Source: a bacterium
GTDB taxonomy: Bacteria; Patescibacteriota; Minisyncoccia; Phycocordibacterales; UBA2100
Direction: 5' to 3'
Length of the DNA: 64,000 bases
NCBI GenBank assembly: GCA_021781955.1
Contig: JAJXVV010000002.1
Coordinates: 10,730-74,729, forward strand
Part shown: in pieces, positions 1-9,975 of the stretch
Position numbering within the stretch: position 1 is the stretch's first letter
Layout: the number at the start of each line of letters is the position of its first letter
Position numbers and translations under genes: made by a program
Notes under the pieces: generated by a model
What the model was told of the DNA's origin: nothing
The model's input: only the letters and a program-made list of their open reading frames with translations
Database searches by the model: none

Positions 1-306
1 GTCGCGGCGGTAATACTCACCGTCAAGCTCGTCCCGGGCGTCTCGATGAGCGGGGGATGGACAACGACGCTCCTGGTCGCGCTCGCGTGGTCGGTCATCG
101 TGGTCGTCATCCGCCCGGCCCTGAAGCTCTTCACGCTTCCGATCACGCTCCTTACGCTCGGCCTCTTCTCGTTCCTCCTGAACGCGTTCCTCTTTTGGGC
201 AATGACTCTGGTCGTGCCCGGTTTCGCGGTCTCCGGATTCGTCGCGGCCCTCCTCGGCGCGTTCGTTCTGTCTATTCTGACCGCGCTCATTAGCAAGGTC
301 TTATAA
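1..306 (+). CDS. Phage holin family (YvlD-like, 4-TM) membrane protein, 5'-partial
   Basis: Frame open from base 1; hydrophobic helices with the IRP..KLFTLPITLLTLGLFSFLLNA signature. Confidence 0.75.
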   Translation, partial: VAAVILTVKLVPGVSMSGGWTTTLLVALAWSVIVVVIRPALKLFTLPITLLTLGLFSFLLNAFLFWAMTLVVPGFAVSGFVAALLGAFVLSILTALISKVL

Positions 307-316
307 CGGCGTTGCC

Positions 317-1408
317 ATGAGCGAGATCACCGGCCCCTCGTTTTTCATCGGCAAAGGCGACGAGAAGCTCATCTCGTTCGGCTCCGGCCAACCCGATCTG
401 CCGCCGCCGCCGCAGGCGTTCGATGTGCTGAAAACCTACAGTTCGTTCAAGTACGGGCTCGTGCAGGGCGAGGAGTCGCTGCGCGCCGCGCTCGCCACCC
501 AGTATCCGAAAGCCAAGTCTGAACAGTTCGTCGTCACCAACGGCGCCTCCGAAGCGATCGATCTTGCGCTGCGCGCTATCCGCCTGCGTTTGCCGAAAGG
601 CGCGATAGGCAAGGTGGTGCTCCCGCGTCCGTACTACTATTCCTACCCGCACAACGTGCGGCTCGCCGGCATGGTCCCGGTGTATTACGACCTCAAGAAA
701 GGCAAGATCGACTACGACAACTTTGCGAAAGTCGTGCAAGGGTGCGCTGCGGTCATCATCAATTCGCCTTCGAACCCGACCGGTACGGTACAAGAGGTGG
801 AAACGCTCAGGAAAATAGAGGCACTCTGCGAGAAGCTCGGTGTCTACGTGCTATCCGACGAAGTATACAAGGATATCATCTATGTGCGCGGCAACTACCT
901 GCTCAAGGGTTCGCGCGTCGTGACCATCAATTCGTTCTCGAAGACGTACGCAATGTGCGGCTTGCGAGTCGGGTACCTCTACTCGCAGCGCAAGGAGCTC
1001 GTCGCGGACGTGATCGAAATGAAAACGCACACCGCGATGAACACGTCGATCGTCGGACAGATGATGGCGCTCGCTGCGCTCTCGGCGCCGGCGAGCTATA
1101 TCGCGCACAACCTTGAAGTGTGGCGCTCGCGCCGCGATCTCATGGTGGAGGGCATGACCGAACTCGGGCTTGAGCTCTGGAGCCCGGAAGGAGCGTTCTA
1201 CGTGTTCCCGAAGTTCGGCTCATCGGCCGGCGGTTCCGGCAAGGTGGTGCGCGACCTCTACCACCGCTACGGCATCATCACATACGACGGCGCGTGGTTC
1301 GGCGCGCCTGGACGCGTGCGTTTCAGCTACGCGCTCGATGCGGGAAAGATACAAGAGGGTCTGCGCCGCTTGCAGGAATTCCTCGGCAAAGAGCACAAAC
1401 GGCGTTAG
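317..1408 (+). CDS. PLP-dependent aminotransferase class I/II
   Basis: GQPD, TNGASEA, NSPSNPTG, SDEVY, SFSKTYAMCGLRVG motifs. Confidence 0.9.
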   Translation: MSEITGPSFFIGKGDEKLISFGSGQPDLPPPPQAFDVLKTYSSFKYGLVQGEESLRAALATQYPKAKSEQFVVTNGASEAIDLALRAIRLRLPKGAIGKVVLPRPYYYSYPHNVRLAGMVPVYYDLKKGKIDYDNFAKVVQGCAAVIINSPSNPTGTVQEVETLRKIEALCEKLGVYVLSDEVYKDIIYVRGNYLLKGSRVVTINSFSKTYAMCGLRVGYLYSQRKELVADVIEMKTHTAMNTSIVGQMMALAALSAPASYIAHNLEVWRSRRDLMVEGMTELGLELWSPEGAFYVFPKFGSSAGGSGKVVRDLYHRYGIITYDGAWFGAPGRVRFSYALDAGKIQEGLRRLQEFLGKEHKRR

Positions 1409-1674
1409 CGCTGGGCGGCGCTGCCATCCTTCGACGGGCCAGGCTTGAGATCGGAGAATTTTGCACCAGTGACGAGGAAGAGGTAGACGATCTCTAAAAT
1501 GCCGAGCGTATTGACGATGAGGAGCACGACGAACCATGTCTTCTCGTCGCGTTTCGCTGCGCGCCAGAGCGCGAGTCCTTTCCAGAGAATCGTCCACGCG
1601 ATCAGCACGATGAGTACCACAGGAGAGAATGGCAGCGGGCCGGGACCGAATCCAGGGACAGGCATCATATGCAA
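1405..1674 (-). CDS. Small membrane protein, DUF5652-like
   Basis: WTILWKGLALWRAAKR...WFVVLLIVNTLGILEIVYL pattern. Confidence 0.7.
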   Translation of the reverse strand: MHMMPVPGFGPGPLPFSPVVLIVLIAWTILWKGLALWRAAKRDEKTWFVVLLIVNTLGILEIVYLFLVTGAKFSDLKPGPSKDGSAAQR

Positions 1675-2493
1675 TTAGTGTACCACGCGCACGGGGGGGA
1701 GTTGGAGCGGGACGAGCGTCGCCGTGAGCGGACGATGATCGGAACCGGGAAGATCGTGCATAGCGCTCTTCTCCACCTTCACGTTGGTGGCGAAGATATA
1801 ATCGAGTCGCGTACGGAACTTCACGCCGGCTTTGTGTAGGCGCGGCAAAAAGCCGAGACCGTCGTTCGGGTCAGCATGCGAGATGTCGTAGCTCCACTTG
1901 AGCTTCGGGTGCGCGTTGACGTAGTGCGCGCCGAGCGTGAACTGGACGCGTTTCTCGTGCACGCGGCCCAAGGCGCGGGGCGCGAGCGTATTGAAATCGC
2001 CAGCCACGATGCGCACGTCGGCCGGTTCCTTCTCAAGACGCTCGCGCAAGAAACGCAGCTGCCGCATGCGGTGCGCGTTGCCGCCTTCCCAGGCGACGTG
2101 CGCGCTCGCGATCTGGAAAGTGATATCCTTTGCCTCGAAGATGCCGACCAAGGCCGCGCGGTCGATGCGGTCAGTCATTTTGCGCAGACGCTGCAAGCGG
2201 GAGGGCGTGCGCAGCTTCGGCAGCGCGATGACATGCGCGCGCTTCAGGCGCAATTTGCCGCTCTTCCAGAGGAGCGCGACGTTGCCCCCGAAACCAACGT
2301 GCGCGCAGCGGCACTGCCACCCGACGTATTTTTGCTGCGCGAGGAACTTGCGCAAATGCGGTTCGAAGCGCTTTTCCACTTCCTGAAGGCATATGACATC
2401 GGCGCCGCTGTCCATGAGGAAGGCGATGTTATTCAGCACCATCTCGCGGTGGTAGCCGTGCAATATGTTGTACGTGGCGCAGGTGAGGTTCAT
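1675..2493 (-). CDS. Endonuclease/exonuclease/phosphatase (EEP) family protein
   Basis: TYNI, LQEV, GDFN, LDYIF, SDHRP motifs. Confidence 0.9.
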   Translation of the reverse strand: MNLTCATYNILHGYHREMVLNNIAFLMDSGADVICLQEVEKRFEPHLRKFLAQQKYVGWQCRCAHVGFGGNVALLWKSGKLRLKRAHVIALPKLRTPSRLQRLRKMTDRIDRAALVGIFEAKDITFQIASAHVAWEGGNAHRMRQLRFLRERLEKEPADVRIVAGDFNTLAPRALGRVHEKRVQFTLGAHYVNAHPKLKWSYDISHADPNDGLGFLPRLHKAGVKFRTRLDYIFATNVKVEKSAMHDLPGSDHRPLTATLVPLQLPPVRVVH

Positions 2494-2665
2494 GGCGACG
2501 TGTCGATCGCTTTGTGAGGGGGATTGTACCAGAAATTAGGCTGGTGAGGTATAGCGTGCCCGCTCCAGACAGCTCGCGGGAACGAGCGAGCTTGCCAACA
2601 AGCAAGCCGCGTGCTTTGCCGTTCCACAATGCGGCATAACCGTGGGCATTTTTGGAAACCCGTCG

Positions 2666-2674
2666 TTATCCACA
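2666..2674 (+). promoter_or_regulatory. DnaA box upstream of ribonucleotide reductase
   Basis: Perfect TTATCCACA in the intergenic region, 67 bp before the likely ATG. Confidence 0.5.
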
Positions 2675-2741
2675 GATCGTTTTAATCCGGTGGGCGTACC
2701 ATGTACAAGCTATTTACAAGCTCACCTCTTACAAAGACCCT

Positions 2742-5063
2742 ATGCCGCGACAAAAGAAGCCAGAGATAGCGCTCATCGTGAAGCGCGACGCCTCGCGCGT
2801 CCCGTTCGACAAGGCGAAGATCGCGGCAGCGGTCGGCAAAGCGATGCTTGCGGCCGACGAGTGGAGGCACGGCGCGCCGGAGCGCGTCGCCGAGGCCGTT
2901 GAGAAGGCGATCATCGAGAAAAAGACGGCGGATAAATCGTTCCTCCCGAGCGTCGAGGGAGTGCAGGATCTCGTCGAGCAGGAGCTCATGTTCCTCAAGT
3001 ATCCGGCATCGGCCAAGGCCTACATTCTCTACCGCGCGCAGCGCACGAAGCTGCGCCGCGAGCGCGGCGTGGTGCCGGAGCGCGTTCGCCAGCTCGCGGA
3101 GGAGAGCAAGGCATACTTCAAGGACAATCCGCTCGGCGAATTCGTCTACCTGCGCACCTACGCGCGGTGGATCGAGGAAGAGAATCGCCGCGAGACGTGG
3201 ATCGAGACGGTCGATCGGTACGTCAATTTCATGCGCGAGAATCTCGGCGACAAGCTACGCGAGGTTGAGTACGCTGAATTGCGCGAGGCGATCCTCAGAC
3301 AGGAGGTCATGCCCTCGATGCGCGCCATGCAGTTCTCCGGCGAGGCGGCGCGCAAGTGCAACACGTGCGTGTACAACTGCACCTTCACTGCGCCGGTGAA
3401 GCTCGAGGATTTCGCCGAGATCATGTACCTCTCGATGCAAGGTTGCGGCGTCGGTTTCGCGGTGGAGAGCCAGAACATCGAACAGCTGCCGCAGATCAAA
3501 AAGCAGACCAGATCGAAACTGCCGAAGCATGTCATCGGCGACTCGAAAGAAGGCTGGTGCGATGCGCTCACGCTCGGCCTCAAGACCTGGTACGCGGGCA
3601 AGGACATCGAGTTCGATTTCTCGCAGATCCGCCCGGCCGGCTCGCGGCTCAAGGTAATGGGCGGGAAGGCCTCCGGTCCGGAGCCGCTCCGCTCACTTCT
3701 CGCCTTCGCGCGCGAGCGCATCCTTGCCCGTCAGGGCCGCCGCTTGCGCGCGATCGACGCACACGACATCATTTGCAAAATAGGGGAGTGCGTCGTCGCT
3801 GGCGGCGTACGCCGCACTGCGATGATCTCGCTCTCCGATCTCGACGATACTGAGTTGCGTGACGCGAAGAAGGGACAGTTCTTCCTCACCGACCCGCATC
3901 GCATGGTGGCCAATAACTCCGCCGTGTACGATCATCAGCCGACCAACGTCGAACTCATGGAGGAATGGGTCGCGCTCATGAAGAGCGGTTCCGGCGAGCG
4001 CGGCATCTTCAACCGGGGCGCCTTGCACAACACGCTGCCTAAGCGCCGCCTCTCGTTCTTCAAGAAGCGCCACCTTACCGACGAGGATGGCGTCGTCACC
4101 GGTTCGGTCGGGACCAATCCGTGCGGCGAGATAATTTTGCAATCCAAGCAATTCTGCAATCTCTCCGAGGTGATCGCGCGCTCCGGCGATACGCGCGAGA
4201 AGCTCGTACAAAAAGCCAAGCTTGCCGCTATCCTCGGCACGTACCAGTCCACGCTCACCAATTTCCGCTACATCTCGAAGGAATGGACCAAGAACTGCCG
4301 CGACGAGGCGCTCCTGGGAGTCTCGATCACCGGCCAGTGGGATAGCGAAGAGGCGCGCAAACCGGAAACCATGCGCCTCATGCGCGACACGGCCGTCAAG
4401 ACCAACGCCGCCTACGCGAAACGCTTCGGCGTGAAGCCGTCGATGGCCGTCACTGCGGTCAAGCCCTCCGGAACCGTGTCGCAGACCTTCAACACCGCCT
4501 CCGGCATCCACCCGCGCCACTCCAAGTATTACATCCGCCGCGTGCGCATCTCGGCGACCGACGCCCTTTTCAAGATGGTGCGCGATCAGGGCATCCCGCA
4601 CTACCCGGAGGTAGGGCAGTCGGCCGAGAGCGCAACGACCTACGTGCTCGAGTTCCCCGTCATGGCGCCGGAAGGATCGAAGTTCAAGGAAGACCTTACC
4701 GCTCTCGAGCAGCTCGAGTACTGGAAGAGCGTGAAGTTGAACTTCACCGAACATAATCCGTCGGCGACGATCTCCGTCGGCGAGGATGAATGGATCGGCG
4801 TCGTCGATTGGCTCCAGAGGAATTGGGGCATCGTTGGAGGGCTCTCGTTCCTGCCGCGTTTTGACCACGTGTACCGCTTGGCGCCGTACGAGGCCATCGA
4901 CAAGAAACGCTACGACGAGCTTAAGGCGTCGTTCCCCGACATCGACTACTCGAAGCTCGTCATGTACGAGATCTCCGACGAGACCGAGCAGAAGCGCGAA
5001 CTCGCGTGCGCCGGCGGCGTCTGTGAGATAGAAGTGGTTCCAACGGAAACGACCACGGCGTAG
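2742..5063 (+). CDS. nrdJ: Class II (adenosylcobalamin-dependent) ribonucleotide reductase with N-terminal ATP cone
   Basis: ATP cone (IVKRD..VPFDKAKI), TNPCGE active site, KPSGT, C-terminal ACAGGVC; no beta-subunit gene; B12 adenosyltransferase adjacent; start set at ATG 2742. Confidence 0.88.
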   Translation: MPRQKKPEIALIVKRDASRVPFDKAKIAAAVGKAMLAADEWRHGAPERVAEAVEKAIIEKKTADKSFLPSVEGVQDLVEQELMFLKYPASAKAYILYRAQRTKLRRERGVVPERVRQLAEESKAYFKDNPLGEFVYLRTYARWIEEENRRETWIETVDRYVNFMRENLGDKLREVEYAELREAILRQEVMPSMRAMQFSGEAARKCNTCVYNCTFTAPVKLEDFAEIMYLSMQGCGVGFAVESQNIEQLPQIKKQTRSKLPKHVIGDSKEGWCDALTLGLKTWYAGKDIEFDFSQIRPAGSRLKVMGGKASGPEPLRSLLAFARERILARQGRRLRAIDAHDIICKIGECVVAGGVRRTAMISLSDLDDTELRDAKKGQFFLTDPHRMVANNSAVYDHQPTNVELMEEWVALMKSGSGERGIFNRGALHNTLPKRRLSFFKKRHLTDEDGVVTGSVGTNPCGEIILQSKQFCNLSEVIARSGDTREKLVQKAKLAAILGTYQSTLTNFRYISKEWTKNCRDEALLGVSITGQWDSEEARKPETMRLMRDTAVKTNAAYAKRFGVKPSMAVTAVKPSGTVSQTFNTASGIHPRHSKYYIRRVRISATDALFKMVRDQGIPHYPEVGQSAESATTYVLEFPVMAPEGSKFKEDLTALEQLEYWKSVKLNFTEHNPSATISVGEDEWIGVVDWLQRNWGIVGGLSFLPRFDHVYRLAPYEAIDKKRYDELKASFPDIDYSKLVMYEISDETEQKRELACAGGVCEIEVVPTETTTA

Positions 5064-5069
5064 CCGCTT

Positions 5070-5603
5070 ATGCTCTATACCCGAAAAGGCGATACCGGTA
5101 CCTCCGGCCTTTTCGGGACCAAAGATCGCCAGACGAAGGCGGCGCCCGTCTTCGAGGCGCTCGGCATGAGCGACGAACTCAACTCGTTCCTCGGATTCTG
5201 CCGCGCGTACGGGCTCAAAGAGAAATTCGAAGCGGCGCCGCTCGCGGCGCCGCTTTTACGCGAGGTACAGGAGCGCCTCTTCGTCGTGCAGGCAGAGCTC
5301 GCGGGTGCGGACAAGTCGCTCACGCAGGCAGATGTCGAGAAGCTCGAAGCGCACATCGCCGAACTCGAGGCGCAGATAGCGAATCCGCACTCGTTCATCG
5401 TGCCGGGCGCGACCGCTTTCTCCGGCATGCTCGACTACGCGCGCGCGATGTCGCGCCGGGTCGAACGCGCCATCATTCGGAGCGAAGTGTCGCTCTCCGC
5501 ACCGACCAAAGCCTATCTCAACCGCCTTTCGAGTTTCCTCTATGTGCTCGCGCGCGTTGCCGCAAAGGACGCCGGTGAAGATGAGCGAGCGCCGCAGTAT
5601 TGA
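5070..5603 (+). CDS. pduO: ATP:cob(I)alamin adenosyltransferase, PduO type
   Basis: YTRKGD.GTS, DELNSFLG, R..SRRVER, YLNRLSSFLY.LAR motifs. Confidence 0.9.
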   Translation: MLYTRKGDTGTSGLFGTKDRQTKAAPVFEALGMSDELNSFLGFCRAYGLKEKFEAAPLAAPLLREVQERLFVVQAELAGADKSLTQADVEKLEAHIAELEAQIANPHSFIVPGATAFSGMLDYARAMSRRVERAIIRSEVSLSAPTKAYLNRLSSFLYVLARVAAKDAGEDERAPQY

Positions 5604-5622
5604 TGTATACTGCCACTTCCGT

Positions 5623-6174
5623 ATGACGTTCAGTAAAAGAGTCCTCGCCGCCGCCGCGCTCATCGCCTTCGGCGTGCTTGGCCGCCTCGTGCCGCACCTA
5701 CCGGACGCGACGCCGCTCACGGCTATCACGCTCATGGGCAGCCGTTACCTCGGCCGCACATGGTCCATCGTCATTCCCGTTGCGGCTATGCTCGCGTCGG
5801 ACCTATTCATCGGGTTCTATGATGGGCGCGTGCTCGCCACCGTGTACCTTTCCTTTGCGCTCATCGCGGCGATGAGCTGGTTTGGCGCAAAGCGCGGTTT
5901 GCCCACGCTTCTCGGCACGGCCGCGACCGCATCACTCCTCTTTTTCCTTACGACCAACGCCGCTGTCTGGGCCTTCTCACCATGGTATGCCAAGAGCTTC
6001 GGGGGCTTGCTTGAGGCCTACGCGATGGGACTGCCGTTCTTGGGCAGCATGCTCCTCTCGGATCTTCTCTATACCGCATCGCTCTACGGCATTTGCGAAG
6101 CGATTAAAATCGCTGTCATAAACAGGAGATTGTCGCGAGACAGCATACAGCCGGCATGGGCCGTAGCGGAGTAA
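5623..6174 (+). CDS. Putative solitary ECF S-component-like transporter (DUF6580/BtuM-like), candidate B12 uptake
   Basis: About 6 TM helices, RLVPHLPDATP motif; follows nrdJ-pduO. Confidence 0.6.
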   Translation: MTFSKRVLAAAALIAFGVLGRLVPHLPDATPLTAITLMGSRYLGRTWSIVIPVAAMLASDLFIGFYDGRVLATVYLSFALIAAMSWFGAKRGLPTLLGTAATASLLFFLTTNAAVWAFSPWYAKSFGGLLEAYAMGLPFLGSMLLSDLLYTASLYGICEAIKIAVINRRLSRDSIQPAWAVAE

Positions 6175-6187
6175 CGTCGTCGGAACA

Positions 6188-7465
6188 TTATTGATCGTCC
6201 TGGAGGGGGAGCGAGAGCGGCAATGTCGGAGAGGTGATCGACGCATGATCGTGAGCGGGCACCACTTCATCGGTATTCTCGTTCGCGCTGTTTGATGATG
6301 GCGCGCTCGTCGCGCTCGCGGCCGTTGATGCTTGTTCGGTCGAGCCGTCCGGCGCCGCAGCGGATGACGTAACGCCGTTGTGAGGCGAGTTTGAGATATG
6401 CGCATCGCGGCGAGCATGCCCGAGCGCACTGCTGTTGTCAGAGGCGTTCGAGGTGGTCGTTGCCGGCATTGAGCCCGCTTGCTCCTGCTCGCCGACCATG
6501 AGGCCGGTGCGTGCATGAATTGCCGCGCTCGCCTGGAGGTAGGCATCGAGGCGCGAAGCGGCGTCCAGCGCTCGTTGGTAGGCACCGAGCGCTTGCGGTA
6601 TGGCATGTTGATCGAGCAGGTCGTTGCCTGAGGAGATGGACGTGCTCGCGCTTTCGAGTTGGATCGCGATGCTCTCTGCCGAAGAGGAGGCGAGCGCGTT
6701 GGACGCTTCGTTCGCGGATCGTACGGAGCTGGCGAGCTGCTGGATAGCCGCAGCGCGCGCGAATGACGCGGCTATCGCGTGCTCGCGCAAGCCATCGTCC
6801 ATGCGTGTTTCCGCGAGCGTGCGCACGGCCGCCGCGTCCTGCCGCGCGAGCACGATCGAATTCTGAAGCGCGGCCGTCGACGTGCCCGTGCCGACCTGTG
6901 CAAGCATGTCTTGATACGCGGAGAGCTGGGCTTCGAAGCGCATCGCCGCCGCATCGCTCTGCTCGGGGCTCGTGCTCGCGACCTGCGCCAGGCTCGCGAC
7001 CGCAAGTTCCGTGTGCGCGATGAAGTTGCGCTGGATCTGTGCCTGGGTCGAGGTGGAGAGCCGGCCTTCAGCCGCGAGCACCGTCGCTTCCTGGAGCCGT
7101 TCGCTCGCGACGCTGGCCGCCCACGTTGCCTTGGCGGAAGCGGAGACCGCGAGCGCGCCCTGGATCGGCTCGTTGACGTACGTTTTCACCGGGTAGAGCA
7201 GGTCGCCCGGCAACGCACCCTCGGCCGCATATGAGATGCCGGTGCCGGAGGCGAAGACTGCCGCCACGAGCACAGCCGCGATGGCGCGCGGCGAGTAGAA
7301 GAACGTGGGAAGCAGTCGTGCGCGCTCCGCGTTTCGCGTCGGTATGCGCAAAGGCTTCATCGCCAGGTACGTGTGAATCGTGCGACGCATGCGCACACGC
7401 TCCTCGGGCGTGAGTGGCGTGTCGCCCCGGGTCTTTCCTATGTAGTAAGGGAGATCTTTTTTCAT
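6188..7465 (-). CDS. Putative anti-sigma factor, DUF5667-like membrane protein
   Basis: One TM followed by ALPGDLLYPVK; ATG overlaps the sigma factor stop (ATGA). Confidence 0.7.
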   Translation of the reverse strand: MKKDLPYYIGKTRGDTPLTPEERVRMRRTIHTYLAMKPLRIPTRNAERARLLPTFFYSPRAIAAVLVAAVFASGTGISYAAEGALPGDLLYPVKTYVNEPIQGALAVSASAKATWAASVASERLQEATVLAAEGRLSTSTQAQIQRNFIAHTELAVASLAQVASTSPEQSDAAAMRFEAQLSAYQDMLAQVGTGTSTAALQNSIVLARQDAAAVRTLAETRMDDGLREHAIAASFARAAAIQQLASSVRSANEASNALASSSAESIAIQLESASTSISSGNDLLDQHAIPQALGAYQRALDAASRLDAYLQASAAIHARTGLMVGEQEQAGSMPATTTSNASDNSSALGHARRDAHISNSPHNGVTSSAAAPDGSTEQASTAASATSAPSSNSANENTDEVVPAHDHASITSPTLPLSLPLQDDQ

Positions 7466-7992
7466 AGGTCGCACAGGATACGTAATTTTTGGATACCGCG
7501 ATGGATGCGCACCGACACGACGTTCTCGGAGGCGTCGATCGCTTCCGCGATCTCTTTTGGCGAAAGGCCGTCCACGAAGCGCAGGGTGAGCGCGATGCGG
7601 TAGTCCACGGGGAGGTCGGCGATACGCGCGCGCACTTGCTCGATGAGCGTGGACTCGTCGAGCGCCTCCTCCGCTTCGACCGCGCTCCCTTCCGCGAGCC
7701 GCGCTTCGAGCGCGGGCGCGGCCGCTTCGTCTTCGAGCAGCTCGTCGAGCGAGACCGACTTCTTCTTGCGGTACTCGTCGATGATGAGGTTGTGCAGGAT
7801 GCGGTAGAGGAAGCTCTTGTAGTGCTTCACCTCGCCGCCTTCGGCGATGAACTCCCACGCCTTGAGGTACGTCTCCTGCGTGAGGTCGTACGCCTTTTCG
7901 CGATCACTCACGCGGTACAGTGCATGCCGGAAGAGCGCGTCGGCGTGTGACTCGAACGCTTTAAGGAATGCCTGCTCGGGGCCCGATGTCAT
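7462..7992 (-). CDS. ECF RNA polymerase sigma-70 factor
   Basis: Region 2 (AYDLTQETYLKAW, FLYRILHNLIID) and region 4 (GLSPKEIA...VSVRIHRG). Confidence 0.9.
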   Translation of the reverse strand: MTSGPEQAFLKAFESHADALFRHALYRVSDREKAYDLTQETYLKAWEFIAEGGEVKHYKSFLYRILHNLIIDEYRKKKSVSLDELLEDEAAAPALEARLAEGSAVEAEEALDESTLIEQVRARIADLPVDYRIALTLRFVDGLSPKEIAEAIDASENVVSVRIHRGIQKLRILCDL

Positions 7993-8014
7993 CACAGTAT
8001 CCTCTGCATGAACG

Positions 8015-8040
8015 AGACGTGCGACGGGAGTATTGCTTAC
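8015..8040 (-). promoter_or_regulatory. Putative ECF autoregulatory promoter GTAAG-N16-CGTCT
   Basis: Same boxes and spacing recur at 12505-12530. Confidence 0.55.
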
Positions 8041-8212
8041 CGATGCGTTCGATCGAGAGGTGGTACCCATACTAGCGCTGCCCCCTGAAAGCACAAAGCC
8101 CGCGGGCCCAAGGTCATGAGGCTTTACGCGGGCTTATGTGCACAGAGACGCACGAGCCAGCGCATGCTTACGCGCGATCGTACGTTCCGATCCTTTGCGG
8201 CCGCCCGTTCGT

Positions 8213-8590
8213 TCAGTCTGCGCGCAATTCATCCGCTCGTTTGGAGCGGAGATCGACGATGAGGTAGCCGACGAGAACGATAAGCAACGCCCAGAGCCAC
8301 CAGGTGCCTTGCGTGCTTGATCGCGATGCCCGCGGTTGCGCAGGTGCCGATGTCGCGGCAGCGGCGGGCGACTGGCCGACAGGAGCGCTCGTACCGGCAT
8401 CGGCAGGCGCAGGGAAGGGCGATGGCGAGCCGGAGACGTTGGTCGAGATGCTCGGCCGTATGTTTTGGGGAAGCGGTTGAAGCGCGTGTTGCGCTTGCAC
8501 GGGCACGCGCATGACCGCGTTCGCGGGCGTCGCGCAAAGCGCGACGCCCGCAACCATACCCACGCTCGCGATCATGAATATCTTTTTCAT
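8213..8590 (-). CDS. Small surface protein with signal peptide, Pro/Ala/Ser linker and C-terminal TM anchor
   Basis: MKK + hydrophobic leader; WWLWALLIVLVGYLIV followed by a basic tail. Confidence 0.65.
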   Translation of the reverse strand: MKKIFMIASVGMVAGVALCATPANAVMRVPVQAQHALQPLPQNIRPSISTNVSGSPSPFPAPADAGTSAPVGQSPAAAATSAPAQPRASRSSTQGTWWLWALLIVLVGYLIVDLRSKRADELRAD

Positions 8591-8593
8591 GCG

Positions 8594-9973
8594 TCAATCG
8601 CTCGTCCAGCTTATCTGTCTATATCCGGCGGAGGAAATGGGGAAACTCGGCGGCGGCCCATAGATCAAATTGCTGTCGTAATCGTCATTCGTGATTTCGT
8701 AGCCGGAGACCACGTTATTGTACTGGTCGACCCACGTCCACGTCCACTGGCCGTAGGTCATGATCGAACCGAAGACCGTGATGCTGTTTTTGATATCATT
8801 GGGGTAATAAAAAAACTCCGCGCTGCCGTTCTGCGCGACAAGTGCGGCGTCGACCTCGAGCGTGCTCGGCGCACCGTAGGTGACGACGATGTTGTTCTGC
8901 GCGAGCAATCCGAGCACGTCGGTCCCATCCTTCGCGGCGTAGAGGATGTTGTTGGGGATGTAGATCGTCGGCGCGGTGTTCGCGTTATAGGGCAAGACCG
9001 CTGCCGCAACCATGACGCGTCCATTTACCGTGCCCTCGATCCATACGTTGTCCTCGATGTAGATGACGCCGTTGCTAGGGATCGCTTTCGTGAACTGAAG
9101 CGTCCGCCTGTTGTAATCGGTGCTCTGATTCTGCGCGTTGCCGTTCACGTCCCAGCCGGTCGGCTCACGCTGCAGACTCGTCACCTTGTACACGCTCACC
9201 GTGCCATTCCCGTTGAACACGAGCGAGTAGCCGTCGGCATTGGACGGCGAAAGGTAGATGCCGGCGGTTTGCGCGCTCGACTTCAGGGTCGCAAGATTGG
9301 CGGTGAGCGAACTGAAGTCGACCGAGGGCACCGGGTATTGCCAAAAACTGCTGTTGCCGGCGCCCCAGACGCCGTTCTCGGTGTGCGGGCACGGTGATCC
9401 TTGCGACGAGGAGCAGGTGTAGGTCGATTTCGCGGATAGTACCGGCGCGTTGGTCGTGCCGTCGAAACGGACGCCGCCGTTCGATTGCATCTGTCCGCTT
9501 ACGTTCTCGCCGCTGCCGATCCAGATGACGTCGTTGCTCAAAAAAGAGTAGAGCGCGAGCGAGGGAATGCCGTATTTCACCGTGACCGTGCGCTTCACTG
9601 CCGGATCGTCAACGGTCGAGCCGGTGGATTTAATCGTGACGATGGTCGAACCGCTCGAAGGCGGCGTAATGCTAAGACTGTACTGTCCGATCGTCTGTTG
9701 TGTATCGAGGTCGGTATAGGCGTGTACGTAGGGTCCCGGTGTTGTCGTGCCGTCTTGATAGTCGGTGGGGAAGTGCGCGAGGTGCCACTGGTAGTAGTCG
9801 ATGCCCGCTTCGGCTATTTGCAGCGCCTCCTCGCGGTCTACCCTGGTGCGCGCGACGTCGAGTTCCTTGAGCGCCACGTTCAAGAATGGTATCGCCATGA
9901 GGGACAGCAGCGACACGAGCAAGAGCGTCAGGATCATGATCTCGCCGGCAGCATCGTTCTTGCGTGAGAACAT
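8594..9973 (-). CDS. PilX-like pilus assembly protein
   Basis: N-terminal G + hydrophobic helix, ALQIAEAGIDY motif; operon with prepilins. Confidence 0.75.
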   Translation of the reverse strand: MFSRKNDAAGEIMILTLLLVSLLSLMAIPFLNVALKELDVARTRVDREEALQIAEAGIDYYQWHLAHFPTDYQDGTTTPGPYVHAYTDLDTQQTIGQYSLSITPPSSGSTIVTIKSTGSTVDDPAVKRTVTVKYGIPSLALYSFLSNDVIWIGSGENVSGQMQSNGGVRFDGTTNAPVLSAKSTYTCSSSQGSPCPHTENGVWGAGNSSFWQYPVPSVDFSSLTANLATLKSSAQTAGIYLSPSNADGYSLVFNGNGTVSVYKVTSLQREPTGWDVNGNAQNQSTDYNRRTLQFTKAIPSNGVIYIEDNVWIEGTVNGRVMVAAAVLPYNANTAPTIYIPNNILYAAKDGTDVLGLLAQNNIVVTYGAPSTLEVDAALVAQNGSAEFFYYPNDIKNSITVFGSIMTYGQWTWTWVDQYNNVVSGYEITNDDYDSNLIYGPPPSFPISSAGYRQISWTSD

Positions 9974-9975
9974 AC

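Noticed and set aside
1-306. Holin-family gene as a sign of a prophage
   Set aside because: This family is commonly chromosomal, and no phage genes are nearby
2494-2741. Cobalamin riboswitch or NrdR boxes before nrdJ
   Set aside because: No B12 box or NrdR palindrome recognisable by eye; an Infernal scan would be needed to exclude them
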